Source of the DNA: an uncultured virus (IMG/VR IMGVR_UViG_3300042894_008159) | Lineage: Duplodnaviria; Heunggongvirae; Uroviricota; Caudoviricetes | Strand: one strand, 5' to 3' | DNA length: 62,012 nucleotides | IMG/VR virus record: IMGVR_UViG_3300042894_008159 | Span: 62,001-124,012 of that record | Part shown: positions 38,101 to 48,156 of the stretch, one piece after another | How positions within the stretch are numbered: the first letter of the stretch is position 1 | Layout: every line of letters begins with the position of its first letter | Translations under genes and position numbers: made by a program | Notes under the pieces: model-generated | The model's database searches: none | The model's input: the letters and a program-made list of their open reading frames with translations, nothing else | What the model was told of the DNA's origin: nothing

Positions 38101-38708
38101 CTAGGTACATTGTTTGCTCCATACCAATCGATGGCAAAAATGTCATATCCTTGGAGGGGAGGAGTAGCATCCGTAGATTTTCTAACAATAACAGACATAG
38201 ACTGTTGTCCAAGATTCACTAAATTGAAAATTCTACCTTGGTCTACAACCGACATAGTAGCAAGAAAATAATCAACGTCTGCAAACCAGAATCTTTCTTT
38301 GTTGTAAAAAGAGGAGTACAAACGAGAAGTTAAAACCCCATTAGGCTCATCAGTAGCAACTGAAAAACCGAAATAGTCTACTTTGTCTGCAGTTGATGAA
38401 GTTTCATCGTTATTTAATCTCAGCAAATTCAAAGCAAAAACCGGTCCCGTAGAAAGACAAGTTAAAATCGATCTCTGAAAAAAGCAACCTTGTGATTCTA
38501 GGTTTTTATCAATGTCCCCGAAGATTGCAATTGCCGTGGTGACATCTGGTATATAAACCGGAGCATTAAAGGGGCCTTTATTCGAAAACCCAACAACCAA
38601 ACGAATTGTTTGTGAGGTTAGGATGATGTTTTCAGAAGCATTAAATTCCAACGTATAAACGCCAGAAGCTTTGAATTGTGATAAATCGAGTTTGATTTTC
38701 TTAGCCAT
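35145..38708 (-). CDS. gp18: Contractile tail sheath protein (gp18-like) with large insertions
   Basis: SGVY..E, G...KGP.N.P; C-terminal PPAA.V, AG..RG, LNPI, GNQT, VR.LLI.LE, F.FN, D.SNN...ID. Confidence 0.92.
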   Translation of the reverse strand: MAKKIKLDLSQFKASGVYTLEFNASENIILTSQTIRLVVGFSNKGPFNAPVYIPDVTTAIAIFGDIDKNLESQGCFFQRSILTCLSTGPVFALNLLRLNNDETSSTADKVDYFGFSVATDEPNGVLTSRLYSSFYNKERFWFADVDYFLATMSVVDQGRIFNLVNLGQQSMSVIVRKSTDATPPLQGYDIFAIDWYGANNVPSYVHPYDYISDWFIDVIAVSGDWTNYQALSEDPEWSAFFTPNGFIKSQINNFLSQQNVNIITQVTGCLIVDFVDLNGNNQFIQTLVNNNTPSTGLFCAVDAEGLEYLCQNRFKVDLVGNFLIDELTGDRDLQDPTLNFLSYDQQLIQDYLYTQNSIGITGGGVTGGTAGVAYIPLNVGTLFNLGGPTGPTAGVPASSLEPYDPSLTFGGLHYLRTNSGVTGGAVVNVYITNGGTGYTSAPTISFSGVGTGAAAIAIISGNEVSSITLTASGSGYTSAPTVTFSGGGGTGAAASADILTEPSLTSAEKLRLKDFVTPTPSYTPFILGTVTIPAGATGNVINQFTTGDLVKLKITGVREIAGNLTITFTHPLDTPVYASQGIQVSPTSFTMGTTSGIVSEFYQQFGASDYLDIVNVASITGGTASNALTGQISTRLYQNILYSEIGGPTGSQADQIEDGDTVWLDAAGTNILYLDTQTTVDRDQFNVSYVRSFNNIARQSPDNLVNYPNFGTVYASDNIGFTVGSSQTDIVSSVASINQFLDVLTKIDTTSFTFVPDQINNKIISVGDYLVSTDLELCETVGANRQSRLTKVTAVAQTTTSGVVRVVCARPILFYSGSPVQVQKFKSIPQFTRSFDFIYLSGYTMRDAQRPNGTDARVDEILNVLYDTNLAATLATKDVISFRYIVDTFSGTIQPNSKYQLSKLAMMRQKALAFINAPSMAQFRASTDPRFTNAPTAVDPFPPLEAQYIAEGGNLSLNPSYTFSLPTQDLGASFAGYFTPYITIRENNRNTNVPPAAYVSNNFVRKFANGEPYNIIAGQKRGTISGGNIVGVEYDFTDEDRGWLEPFGLNPIIKKRGFGVVIFGNQTAYQTVSSAFGLLHVRDLLISLENDVEEILSNYLFDFNEDSIRLEIKTLVDTYLDGVRAGGGIYAYQVIMDASNNPPSVIDMNMGIIDVIIEPARGIQKFINRITVTRTGGIASGGFINFV

Positions 38709-38804
38709 TATCGTTTTGAAGATATTTTTTCCCTAGTATATATCAAAATGGATTACCACAAATGTGGATATTACTAGAGTTCTAAATTATATATCTCTAA
38801 CGTG

Positions 38805-40604
38805 TTATGACATTAGCTTACTAAAAGAATTATAAAAGCTTCCTTCCTTTGTTTTCCCGTCGTTTTCTTTGTCGTCTAATTTAGATTCTATTAATTTTCT
38901 ATACCCTTCATCCATTCGATCGTACAGGTCACCTATTAGGTCATAAAAAGCAGTTGTTTCAAAAAGAGAAGATAAACTAACTAATGTCATGGCAACATCG
39001 TCGTGTCCAGATTGTGAAGAATAGGTTCCGCTGCTGTTTAAGCCAAAAGAAAAAAGTTCAGGAATAGTCCATGCTTTTTCGTTCACAATAACCCGGTTTT
39101 GTCTAAATAAAGATCTTAACATTTCACAATATTTCATTTTGTTCTTCTCGTTGTACTTGATGCCAGGTTTTGCAGTTCTTGCAGACTCTGTATGTTTGGT
39201 GTGTAAAAACATATCCAAAGAAATCTCGTCGTTTGAAATCAATTTGTCCAATAGAAGTTCTCCCCTGAAATTCATCTCTAAAATGATAGTTAATCTTTCT
39301 TTGTTGAATATATTTAAAATTAAAGCCTCCAACATTTTTTTGATGTCCTCGATTTGAATTCCATTATCTCTAAAAACTCCAACCTGAAGTAAACCAAAAA
39401 AGTCCGCTTCGTCCTTATAGTCATCGATAGTTTCGATTAATTTTTTGGGTAAAGGAACAACTCTAAAAATATTTATGACCGTAAAATCGCCTCTTCCACC
39501 CCCAGCAAGATCCACAGAAAAAACAAAATTTTTATCCTCTAAAGATGCTGAATCTAAAGAAAATTTTGGGTGCCATCTGAAATTCTCGTAAACAACACCC
39601 AAATCGCTCAAAACATCTATCTCCCTCCACACATATTCAGATTCGTTTGATTTGATTTTTTTTAGCTCATTTGATCCTAACAACAAAGAGGTTGAACTGA
39701 GAAATTGATTGCCGTATTCCTGATTGAAAAGTTCCTCACTACCTAGGTTGGCAATTTCTTGTCTTTTCCATTCTTCATCCCTGCCCGGAACCTGCCACCA
39801 GTCCACCCGAACAGGATTGAACGAATTTTCCCCAGTGAGAGCGCCTTGATAAATCTCATAAAATTTATTCATGCCGTTAGGTGTAGAAGTGATAATAATT
39901 CTTGACACCTTTGAAGATGAAACTGTAGGATAGGAAGAACGAAAGAAAGACTCGATAAAATTGGGATGAATATGAGCAAACTCATCCATGTACAAAAAGT
40001 GAATTGTAAAACCAATTGCCGTTGTTTTCGTGGTGGTCTTAGCTATCGCCCTACACCCATTATCGAATTTCATGGACATAACGTTATTAACAATCATCCC
40101 CGGCTTTAAGAACCAGGGCAAACCTTTCACGATTGCTTTGATTTTATCCATCAATTCTTCCGCAGTGGATCCAACGTTAGCCAAAATCATCGCATTTTTA
40201 TCGTGATTGAAAAGTAGATACCACACTAAAATGATAGAAGATGTGATGGATTTACCCACTTGACGCGGTGCAAGAAAAACATTGAATCTATTATTCTGAT
40301 ATTCCCTCAATACAGATTCTTGATAATCTCTTAATTGAATGTATTGAAGCCCCTCATCGGTCATTACCTGACAGTACTTTGCAAAGTGTACCACGTCCAA
40401 GGCACATTTTTGCATTTCTTGCAATTCCTCTGGTGTATATTCCCAAAGCAAATTAGACCTTTTTAGAGATGGATCCCCGTCATGAAAAGGGTTTTCGACT
40501 GATTTGTAATCCAAACCTTCCTCCTCAACCTTCCTCATAAGGTCATCAACCCTTTTTGTGGACCAATAATTGGAATCTAAATAATTATCTTCTTGTTTGC
40601 TCAT
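38805..40604 (-). CDS. gp17: Terminase large subunit (gp17-like)
   Basis: LRDYQ, Walker A RQVGKS, Walker B YMDEFAH, TSTPNG.N.FY, F.QEY, VDLA.G...D, HDD. Confidence 0.95.
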   Translation of the reverse strand: MSKQEDNYLDSNYWSTKRVDDLMRKVEEEGLDYKSVENPFHDGDPSLKRSNLLWEYTPEELQEMQKCALDVVHFAKYCQVMTDEGLQYIQLRDYQESVLREYQNNRFNVFLAPRQVGKSITSSIILVWYLLFNHDKNAMILANVGSTAEELMDKIKAIVKGLPWFLKPGMIVNNVMSMKFDNGCRAIAKTTTKTTAIGFTIHFLYMDEFAHIHPNFIESFFRSSYPTVSSSKVSRIIITSTPNGMNKFYEIYQGALTGENSFNPVRVDWWQVPGRDEEWKRQEIANLGSEELFNQEYGNQFLSSTSLLLGSNELKKIKSNESEYVWREIDVLSDLGVVYENFRWHPKFSLDSASLEDKNFVFSVDLAGGGRGDFTVINIFRVVPLPKKLIETIDDYKDEADFFGLLQVGVFRDNGIQIEDIKKMLEALILNIFNKERLTIILEMNFRGELLLDKLISNDEISLDMFLHTKHTESARTAKPGIKYNEKNKMKYCEMLRSLFRQNRVIVNEKAWTIPELFSFGLNSSGTYSSQSGHDDVAMTLVSLSSLFETTAFYDLIGDLYDRMDEGYRKLIESKLDDKENDGKTKEGSFYNSFSKLMS

Positions 40605-41386
40605 AGGAATAAATCGTCGTCTATTTCAAAAGTACCTTCGCTCTCGATACTTATGTTTTTGGAAGCATCTTGACTTGCTTTTTGTCTGGCATTAACAACC
40701 GCATTTTCATTCACTTCCTCGACTTTTACGTCTTGGATTTCAGCTCCCAAAATGTCCCTCAGTCCTTCCATTAAACTTTTGGTTCCTCTCACCTTAAGTG
40801 CGGAGTTCGTTCCTTGGCTAGAAGGCGAAGAGCTTGGTGAAAAAGAGGTATCAGATTCTTGATTTTGCTTCATGGGAACAGATCCAGAAGAAGCCTTCAT
40901 CTCCAATTCTTTTCTCAAGTTTTTGTAACTGGCTTCAGTTTTTTCTAGATATGTCTGATGATCCTTTGACATTTGCATAATCTGGGCTTGCAATTGTGCA
41001 AGAACCTCAAACATTCGAGCAGAAGCACTTCCCAAATCAATTTCTTCTACGAGCTTGGTTATGGCGTGCTGTGCAGTTTTTATCTGGAGCATCATAGATC
41101 CAACGTTCATTGCATCTATTTTCTTCTTATATTCAAGAAATTCGGATTCATCGATTAAATTTTGGTCCACGTAGAATTTGGCCAAAGATTCTAAAAGATC
41201 TCTGGAATCTGTACCGGTAGACTGAATTTGAGCCTGAAAATCCATGATCTCCGTTGTTTTCATTCTCGGAAGATTGTCAGTGGTTAAAGATTCAATCTCC
41301 AAATTTTCTTCCATCAGGATGGAATCTAAATTTGCCTTGATTCTCTCCTGGACAACCTTCTCTGGTTTTGGTTTACGTCTTGGCAT
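40601..41386 (-). CDS. Hypothetical protein, possibly terminase small subunit
   Basis: ATGA-coupled directly upstream of TerL; helical core with RMFEVLAQL. Assignment mainly positional. Confidence 0.45.
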   Translation of the reverse strand: MPRRKPKPEKVVQERIKANLDSILMEENLEIESLTTDNLPRMKTTEIMDFQAQIQSTGTDSRDLLESLAKFYVDQNLIDESEFLEYKKKIDAMNVGSMMLQIKTAQHAITKLVEEIDLGSASARMFEVLAQLQAQIMQMSKDHQTYLEKTEASYKNLRKELEMKASSGSVPMKQNQESDTSFSPSSSPSSQGTNSALKVRGTKSLMEGLRDILGAEIQDVKVEEVNENAVVNARQKASQDASKNISIESEGTFEIDDDLFL

Positions 41387-41397
41387 AAAAATGGTTT

Positions 41398-43947
41398 TTA
41401 ACCCTTTCTAGGGATTTTAGGAATTGCCAAAGTTGGTTTGGCATTGTCGATAATATGGGCGAGCTGAGCATCCCTTACAACGTTCTGATTCAGGACAATC
41501 GATTGTTTGTTAATGTCTATCATCGATTTGAAAATTCTGATGTTGGAAAGCAAAACTGGCGAAGTATATATCCTATAAGCATTGTTGTCTGTTCCATACA
41601 AGGGGTTGGCTGGATCTGTAACAATATCTTTGGGCAAATCGAAAGTATATTCCTGTGACAAAGTTCTAAAATCTTGATGGACCGGAACAAGATTCGAGGA
41701 TTGTTCTTGTGGGTTATTAACATCATAACTCATCTTCCACATATTGACTCCCAGCTGACGATATTTATTCGAAATATTTACCACCAGGGCATACCATTCA
41801 CCAATCTCAGGAACAAACTGAAGTTTGGAATTAAAGACAAAATTATTAATATTGATTTGTATGCTTCCTTCTTGTAGAAAGTTGGTGTTGTTGGGCTCTT
41901 GAGATCCTGAATAGATAAGATCTACTCTGAGTCCTTGTGGTCCTTCGTTAGGGTCCAGATAATCCCCGGCAATTAGATTTCTAGCCTGTGCTTTTTGCAT
42001 TTTAAGTGCCGGAGGATCTAAAGAAAACGGCTTGTTGGGATTAACAACAGAAAATTTAAATTCATCAATCACAGAAGCCACTTGAAATCCTCCAGAGTGG
42101 TTTAAATCAGATTTGACTGCTACATATCCATCTGGATTTCCTTCGTAACCAAGCCACGGGGAAAGACCATGTTTATAGGGGGTGGTGTTGTAGACAATTC
42201 TGGTGGGAGTTACCGTCTCCTGTGCCATGGGGATGGGGGGATAAGGTTTTTTGGTCAGCGAATTTTCATTAACATAATTTTTGATAGAAAACCAACACGT
42301 GAAAGCTATTTCTCCATCTACCTCGAGCTTAGGTGTGGTAAGATATCTAACACCGTTCCGATATTTGTTTGGCTCGTATACAAATTCTGGATTGGATTGG
42401 AAAGCATCATATAAATCGTAGTAATTGTTGAACACAATTGTCCAGTTGTTATTTAAATCATAATTTACAATCGGTAGTTTTTCGTACACGTACGATCGGG
42501 TGGGATCGGTACCGCGATCGTTCGTGGTCGTGACGTACTGTTGTGGTTTGGTAATAAGTTCCTCTTGTGCCTCTGTTTCAGCTCCAAATAATTTCTGGGA
42601 ATTCAAAGCAATCCCATCCAATTCTTCTTTGTAGGCTGGATCCCTAAAGTAAGTGTTAGATTTTGGATTGTATTTTTTCAATTCTATTTTAAAATAAATT
42701 GGTGAATACATGAAATCACGAAAAAGATAGGTGGAATTTATTTCATAAATTCTGTTGGTTAAAGGAAAATAAAGAATATCTCTTTTACGTGGCTGTGATC
42801 CTCGACCAAATAAACTTTCGAAGTACACCTTGTCGATGTGAATCTCGAATGGCTCTTCGAAAGATATCCCAAACGGATCATAGTTGGGTTTGTTGTCCGG
42901 AAATTGGTTTTGAGGTACCATCACCTTAACGCATCTTTCCTCTACCACATCATACAAAGTCCACTCTTTGAGAACAACGTCCTTTGATCTGGATTGAGGT
43001 TGTACAGAATAATAATTGGTTTCAAAACCAAACATTTTATTAACAATTAAACTCAAATCTTTGTAAAGGTTAATTGCCTTGTTTATATTGTAAGGGTTGA
43101 AAGTAAATGGTCCACATTCGTTGAAAACTACAGGCCGATTGGATTGTTCAGGGGAACATTGTGGAACTGGATTACGTATGACTAAATTATCTGGTCCTGT
43201 AGCCACGTCGGTATTATATGTCAAAGAAAGATCAAATGAAACTATGACAACATTTGGATTTATAGGTTCTTCCGATTCCCATGCTATTGAGCCATCTTGG
43301 TTGATAATAACAGATGTAAATCTGAACTCTGGATAAAATGGTTTATTCGGATCGAGAGGTATTGAAAAAATTTGAGCTTTTTCTCCAGATGAATTAGAAT
43401 TTTGAATTCCTGTCGTGGCGAAGCCAACATTAGTCCATAGAGACCAGGTTTCTCCATCCACCGAATATCTAAAATCAACAGCGATTCCGTTTGTAATCGA
43501 AGCACTAGAAACAGTATTCAGATCTACTGGATAACCCTCCAGGGCAAAGGCTGCATCTATAGTCCATCCATCGAAAGAACTCGCATATCTAAAAGGTTGA
43601 TCGTAAGTTAGAACTCTATAATTTCCAATGTATGTAAAATTTAGAGCAGAGTCTAACTGAGTTAATCTTTCTATCAACCACTCCTGTGATTCACAAGGAG
43701 CGTAATAATAAGTTCCATTGGAAGCTAAAACAGTGTGATATCCGTTACATCCTATCTGAATTCCTCGGGCTAAAGCAGCTCCAGTTGTTCCATATAAATT
43801 ATCAGTAGATGTTTCTTGTACCTTTTCGGTGTTCGATAAATTGTCCTGGTACTGATATCTGGGATCGGTCAGATCCCTTTGATTACCATTCCCGTTATAC
43901 ACAGGAAGTCCTGTAAAAATTGCTTTATTGGGGGGAATGGCTGACAT
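41398..43947 (-). CDS. Neck protein (gp14-like core) with extra beta domains
   Basis: FG....YY, FGI......I.I.K..F...FG....P...D.LYFP..NR.YEI; LamG-like C-terminal part; late motif at 43980. Confidence 0.6.
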   Translation of the reverse strand: MSAIPPNKAIFTGLPVYNGNGNQRDLTDPRYQYQDNLSNTEKVQETSTDNLYGTTGAALARGIQIGCNGYHTVLASNGTYYYAPCESQEWLIERLTQLDSALNFTYIGNYRVLTYDQPFRYASSFDGWTIDAAFALEGYPVDLNTVSSASITNGIAVDFRYSVDGETWSLWTNVGFATTGIQNSNSSGEKAQIFSIPLDPNKPFYPEFRFTSVIINQDGSIAWESEEPINPNVVIVSFDLSLTYNTDVATGPDNLVIRNPVPQCSPEQSNRPVVFNECGPFTFNPYNINKAINLYKDLSLIVNKMFGFETNYYSVQPQSRSKDVVLKEWTLYDVVEERCVKVMVPQNQFPDNKPNYDPFGISFEEPFEIHIDKVYFESLFGRGSQPRKRDILYFPLTNRIYEINSTYLFRDFMYSPIYFKIELKKYNPKSNTYFRDPAYKEELDGIALNSQKLFGAETEAQEELITKPQQYVTTTNDRGTDPTRSYVYEKLPIVNYDLNNNWTIVFNNYYDLYDAFQSNPEFVYEPNKYRNGVRYLTTPKLEVDGEIAFTCWFSIKNYVNENSLTKKPYPPIPMAQETVTPTRIVYNTTPYKHGLSPWLGYEGNPDGYVAVKSDLNHSGGFQVASVIDEFKFSVVNPNKPFSLDPPALKMQKAQARNLIAGDYLDPNEGPQGLRVDLIYSGSQEPNNTNFLQEGSIQININNFVFNSKLQFVPEIGEWYALVVNISNKYRQLGVNMWKMSYDVNNPQEQSSNLVPVHQDFRTLSQEYTFDLPKDIVTDPANPLYGTDNNAYRIYTSPVLLSNIRIFKSMIDINKQSIVLNQNVVRDAQLAHIIDNAKPTLAIPKIPRKG

Positions 43948-44014
43948 GATGAGATATAAACAAAAAAATTGCTTTTGTGTATATATCCACCACGGGAAGC
44001 AGAGTCAACAGATT

Positions 44015-45196
44015 CTACAAACCTTGCTCTTGTATAAGTAAATTAATTTGTTCAATCACAAGTTGTGGACTCAGCTTTGTGGTACACTCAAACATTCTTT
44101 CTGTATTTTTCAATCTAGGACACCAGTTCCAATCTCCACGATCAAACTTATATTTTACGTCGTTGAAACACCCGTGACACACATTTCTATTGATAACCCT
44201 ATAATTCATTCTCGAAAATTCACAGGATGGATCGGAAAACCCAGAAATCATAACCACTGGTTTTTGCAAAAACCACGCTAGCCAGGAAAGTCCAGAACCA
44301 ATGCCGATAAAAAAATCTGCTTGATAGATATCGGCCATTCTTTGTAAAATATCTCGGTCCCCGGTTTTATCTACCACACTCTCTAAAGTGTTGTTTTGTT
44401 TGTGAATGACCCGAACTTCATAACCAAGTATTCGAAGGTAATCCACTATTGTCTGCCATCCCTTTTCGTAGTGCCAGTGTTTGGCATTGGCTGTAGACTC
44501 TGTAGCCAAACAAACATATTTTCCGGATTCTCTTGGAGGCAAGCTATACAACCAATTAGGAAGTTGTGGAGGAAGTAAATCAGTTTTAACATCTATCCCC
44601 AGGATATCTCCTGCCACCTGTTGTAAAGAAATAGATCTAGGATCTCTGCGATGACAATTTCTATCTTCCTCTTCGTACCAGCCAACACCAAAAACTGCCT
44701 TAGCGGAATGATCCCTGTATCCGGGTGGGAAAAATTTAAGTTGTGGAAAAAATTGCGTTAGTAAAGAATTCCAAAAGGTAGTAACAATAACATCTGCCTG
44801 ATATTTATTCCGTAAAGCCTCTACCACCGGAACCCAGGCCAAAGTATCTCCTAATGAAGAGGAATCAATAGAAACCAAAATTTTCTGTTTGTGAAGAGAA
44901 GACTCAAAGTCAAAACTCCAGATTTCTTTGGTTCCTTCGTAAACCTCTACTCGCCATGGGGTAAACCATCTTCTGAAAACCGACGTAAATAATCCAGGAC
45001 TGGTTTCTGTCTCGAAAACATAATGATTGGTGTTTAGATCTTTGTATTTTATGGTTCTTTTAGTTTTTGGATTATTTCCAACCATATCAACTTTGGGGCC
45101 ATAATCAAAACTAAATTTGAAATCAAAAGTGTCTTTGACCCTACACCTAAGGTCTTTTACCACATTTTTATAAACATCTATACCTTTATTTTTCAT
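44015..45196 (-). CDS. TibC/AAH-family (autotransporter-type) protein O-heptosyltransferase
   Basis: SLGDT.AW.P, STA.AK.W....W..IV..L...GY, FFIG.GSGLSWLAW, VMISGFS...EF..YRVIN, four-Cys iron finger C..C...WCPR...FECT. Confidence 0.88.
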   Translation of the reverse strand: MKNKGIDVYKNVVKDLRCRVKDTFDFKFSFDYGPKVDMVGNNPKTKRTIKYKDLNTNHYVFETETSPGLFTSVFRRWFTPWRVEVYEGTKEIWSFDFESSLHKQKILVSIDSSSLGDTLAWVPVVEALRNKYQADVIVTTFWNSLLTQFFPQLKFFPPGYRDHSAKAVFGVGWYEEEDRNCHRRDPRSISLQQVAGDILGIDVKTDLLPPQLPNWLYSLPPRESGKYVCLATESTANAKHWHYEKGWQTIVDYLRILGYEVRVIHKQNNTLESVVDKTGDRDILQRMADIYQADFFIGIGSGLSWLAWFLQKPVVMISGFSDPSCEFSRMNYRVINRNVCHGCFNDVKYKFDRGDWNWCPRLKNTERMFECTTKLSPQLVIEQINLLIQEQGL

Positions 45197-46254
45197 GAAT
45201 TAAAACCTAAAATTTCTTGAATGAGACGAGTGTTGTAAGCTTTTCCTGATTTTTCAACATCTGAGGAAAAATAATGAACTAGAGGATTGTTATCATAATC
45301 ATCCATATACGAAGGCAATCTTCTCATCATGATAGGGAGTTTCCATGATAAAGATTCTTTTATTACAATGGGATTCAACTCCCAGACTGAATTGAAAACA
45401 AACAAATCAGCAGCTTGAAAAAATAAATCAGTATCGGATCTTTCCCCCCAAACTCTACAATTTTCTGGCACATTTTGAAGGATTGGCTCCCAGTATTCCT
45501 GAAAGTTACAGGCGAGATTTCCCACGAAATGAAACTCTATCGGAAGATGTGTCATCTCTCTGGCGAATTCAATTAATTCTCCTTGGTTTTTTCCTTGTGT
45601 GAAAAGACCAACGTTGATAACATGTTTTTTGTCAGGGTCTAAACCCAATAAATTTATAGCTTTTTCTTTCCCAATACTTTCGAAATTTTCAATTGGATAT
45701 TCCAACAAGTCCAAATTAAAACCAGAATTTTCGAAAACTTTTAACATCCATTTGTTGACCATCACGATTTTATCTGGACACCAAAATTTATCAGATGGTT
45801 TGTTGTTTGAAGAATGGCAGGTCTCAAAGATAAACCAGGGTCTATTTGGAACATAAATTTTCTCACACATCTCGTTACCAAGGAAAAATTCCACAAAATC
45901 TTGAAAATGAATAACGTCAGGACACACCCGATGAATAATTTCTAGGAATTCACTCTTGTCTTCCGAGTCCAATCTGAAGTAATTTTCTCCCAAAAGGTTT
46001 TGAATTCTTTCTCTCTGAACTGTGAATTGATCGGAAAGATTGTTATATTCAACACAGAATATTTCGGAAAAAGGCAACAGGCACTCAATACATTTATAAA
46101 GGTACTGAGGCATCCCTCCGGTGGAGAGATGAGGAGCAACGAAAAGGATCCTGGGTTTGTTACCTGAAATTTCTGAAATAGATTGTTCTACGTCGTATAA
46201 AGTTTGAGTTAAATTGTATTTTAATTTTCTAAGAGAAAAGGAAGGATCTAACAT
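45193..46254 (-). CDS. Glycosyltransferase, GT-B (GT4-like)
   Basis: PHLSTGGMPQY, NVGLF..GKNQ, ADLFVF.S..E..PIV..E; ATGA-coupled to the heptosyltransferase. Confidence 0.85.
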   Translation of the reverse strand: MLDPSFSLRKLKYNLTQTLYDVEQSISEISGNKPRILFVAPHLSTGGMPQYLYKCIECLLPFSEIFCVEYNNLSDQFTVQRERIQNLLGENYFRLDSEDKSEFLEIIHRVCPDVIHFQDFVEFFLGNEMCEKIYVPNRPWFIFETCHSSNNKPSDKFWCPDKIVMVNKWMLKVFENSGFNLDLLEYPIENFESIGKEKAINLLGLDPDKKHVINVGLFTQGKNQGELIEFAREMTHLPIEFHFVGNLACNFQEYWEPILQNVPENCRVWGERSDTDLFFQAADLFVFNSVWELNPIVIKESLSWKLPIMMRRLPSYMDDYDNNPLVHYFSSDVEKSGKAYNTRLIQEILGFNS

Positions 46255-46327
46255 TTAATTTTTAATTAGAATTCTGTTATTATGAATTAATAAATAAACA
46301 TTTTTATTGTTTCAAACTTTTTAGTTT

Positions 46328-46501
46328 TTACTCCAATTCTATGTTATTTTCATTTTCAGCTATATGCAAATTGTAATTATCAAGATTAATTCTATAAATT
46401 GTAAAATTGTCTCTTGGATATATTTCAACAATAGTACCATACAAAGGAACGTCACCTAATGTTTTTACTCTATCCCCTATTTCAAATTTGTATGTGATCA
46501 T
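46328..46501 (-). CDS. 57-aa SH3/KOW-like protein not in the ORF track
   Basis: MITYKFEIGDRVKTLGDVPLYGTIVEIYPRDNFTIYRINLDNYNLHIAENENNIELE*; ATG 4 nt after the upstream stop. Confidence 0.75.
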   Translation of the reverse strand: MITYKFEIGDRVKTLGDVPLYGTIVEIYPRDNFTIYRINLDNYNLHIAENENNIELE

Positions 46502-46505
46502 TGTT

Positions 46506-47747
46506 TTATGCTATATTGAATTGTGTTTTCAGAATATTATAGTTTGATAATACTTCGGCGTCAGTCAGAGTTCTATCGTAAATGTGTATTGAATACAAAT
46601 TACTTTCACCAATATAACCATCAAAACAAGAACCGGGGCCTCTACCCGTCATTAAATTACTATTAGCACCACTTGGTGTCGGATTAACAACCAAACCATT
46701 CTTTGTTGGTGATTGTAGAACACCATTGATATATGCTTTGGCATTATTTGTACCCGATTTACAACTTGCAACAATATAAAGGTCTTGATTAATCCAGTTT
46801 GCTGATGTTAATGTAAAACCAACACCACCACCAACACCATCAAAAAAATCAAGAGCAATATTTGGTGCAACGTTTACATTATTTGAAGTATTATACATAT
46901 AAAAACTAAACTTCCTGTTCGCACCCGAACAAAAATCCAAATTAATAAGTGCTGACCATCTGAAACCAGTGTTTCCGTGTGGAATACTTATTTGTCTTAA
47001 GAATACACAAACTGTTATTTCACTCGCACTACGTACTAAAGAAGCTCCAAGACCCCAATCGATGTATGGCGAAGATGATATGGCGTTATTAAATTGTAAT
47101 GATTTTGTTGATCCACCAACATAAGAAACATTTTCAGAGTTAATTATTGTTCCTGTATACCCATTTGGTGATAAATCAAATACACTTGTTCCTGTTCCTG
47201 GATAACTTGAACTATTGGACATATTGGTATAAAGAACCAAACCTGTTTGATTTATATCTTGGCTTGGAATTGTTGGTGTATTTGTTGGTGTTGGGGTTGG
47301 GGTTGAAGTTGACGTAACAGTAGGTGTAGGGGTTAAAGTTGGAGTCATGCTTGGTGTTGGTGTATTCGAGGGTGCAATTGACCCTTCAAATGATGTCCAG
47401 TAACCATTATTGTTCAACCAAATTTTGGCCTGTGCTCCTTGATTGGGTGCCCAAGAATCCGCTCCTGCAGCTAAGGTGTTTGCCAAATCAACGAAAGAAG
47501 ACTCTGTTAATTCAGAGGATCTGAAAAAGCCAACAGAGGCAAATACTCCTTCTATCGGAGTTGGTTGACTGTTGTCTGGAACAGATTGTGCAACTACATA
47601 ACCCAGCTGCTCGTCAGGACCATTCCACCAAGCAAGTCCAGTAGAAGAGAACCCTTCTGTAGGAAATCCAATAGCCAGATTGCCAATCTGTTCGGTACCT
47701 GCTATAGGAGATCCTGTGTTATATGCAAACGGTCTGGAAATTGACAT
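46506..47747 (-). CDS. Virion accessory protein: N-terminal anchor, Pro/Thr linker, LamG/ConA-like domain
   Basis: TPTP linker; GLVLY......SYPGTGT...DLS.NG..GT, YING, IYDR.LT..EV..NY; late motif at 47753. Confidence 0.8.
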   Translation of the reverse strand: MSISRPFAYNTGSPIAGTEQIGNLAIGFPTEGFSSTGLAWWNGPDEQLGYVVAQSVPDNSQPTPIEGVFASVGFFRSSELTESSFVDLANTLAAGADSWAPNQGAQAKIWLNNNGYWTSFEGSIAPSNTPTPSMTPTLTPTPTVTSTSTPTPTPTNTPTIPSQDINQTGLVLYTNMSNSSSYPGTGTSVFDLSPNGYTGTIINSENVSYVGGSTKSLQFNNAISSSPYIDWGLGASLVRSASEITVCVFLRQISIPHGNTGFRWSALINLDFCSGANRKFSFYMYNTSNNVNVAPNIALDFFDGVGGGVGFTLTSANWINQDLYIVASCKSGTNNAKAYINGVLQSPTKNGLVVNPTPSGANSNLMTGRGPGSCFDGYIGESNLYSIHIYDRTLTDAEVLSNYNILKTQFNIA

Positions 47748-47791
47748 TATTTTATATATCCACCAATCAAGATCTAATTGTCATTTGCAAT

Positions 47792-48064
47792 TTAAGAAAC
47801 TGTATAAACTCCAGAATTAAAATCTAACTTTCCTTCACCATATTTTGCGACAATTTCATCCACGAGCTGTTTTTCGTTTTCGTTTAATTGTAGTGTTTCT
47901 TGGTAAAGGTTTTGAATTTGTTCACCGACCGTGGTTACCTCTCTTTCAAGAAAGAATTTTTGGGCATTGAGTTGACCTATCTGCTGAATGTTATTTCGAG
48001 CTGCCTCCCTTAAATTTTGAATCCTATCCAATTCTTCAGGGGTAAGTTTAATTTGATTTTCCAT
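47792..48064 (-). CDS. Small coiled-coil protein, candidate fibre chaperone; paralog of 49311..49592
   Basis: L.PEEL..IQ...G.L...KYG.G.LD..SG; likely start MENQIK at 48064. Confidence 0.65.
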   Translation of the reverse strand: MENQIKLTPEELDRIQNLREAARNNIQQIGQLNAQKFFLEREVTTVGEQIQNLYQETLQLNENEKQLVDEIVAKYGEGKLDFNSGVYTVS

Positions 48065-48156
48065 TTTTATTTTTTTGTACTCCTGTTTCATCAAAATATT
48101 CCAATCCTATCCTTTGGAATTTTTTATAATTTTCCTGTACAATCTGAAATTCAAGA

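Noticed and set aside
38805..40604. Intron or intein in terminase or other core genes
   Set aside because: Lengths and motif spacing are ordinary; no splice-junction or LAGLIDADG/HNH motifs seen.
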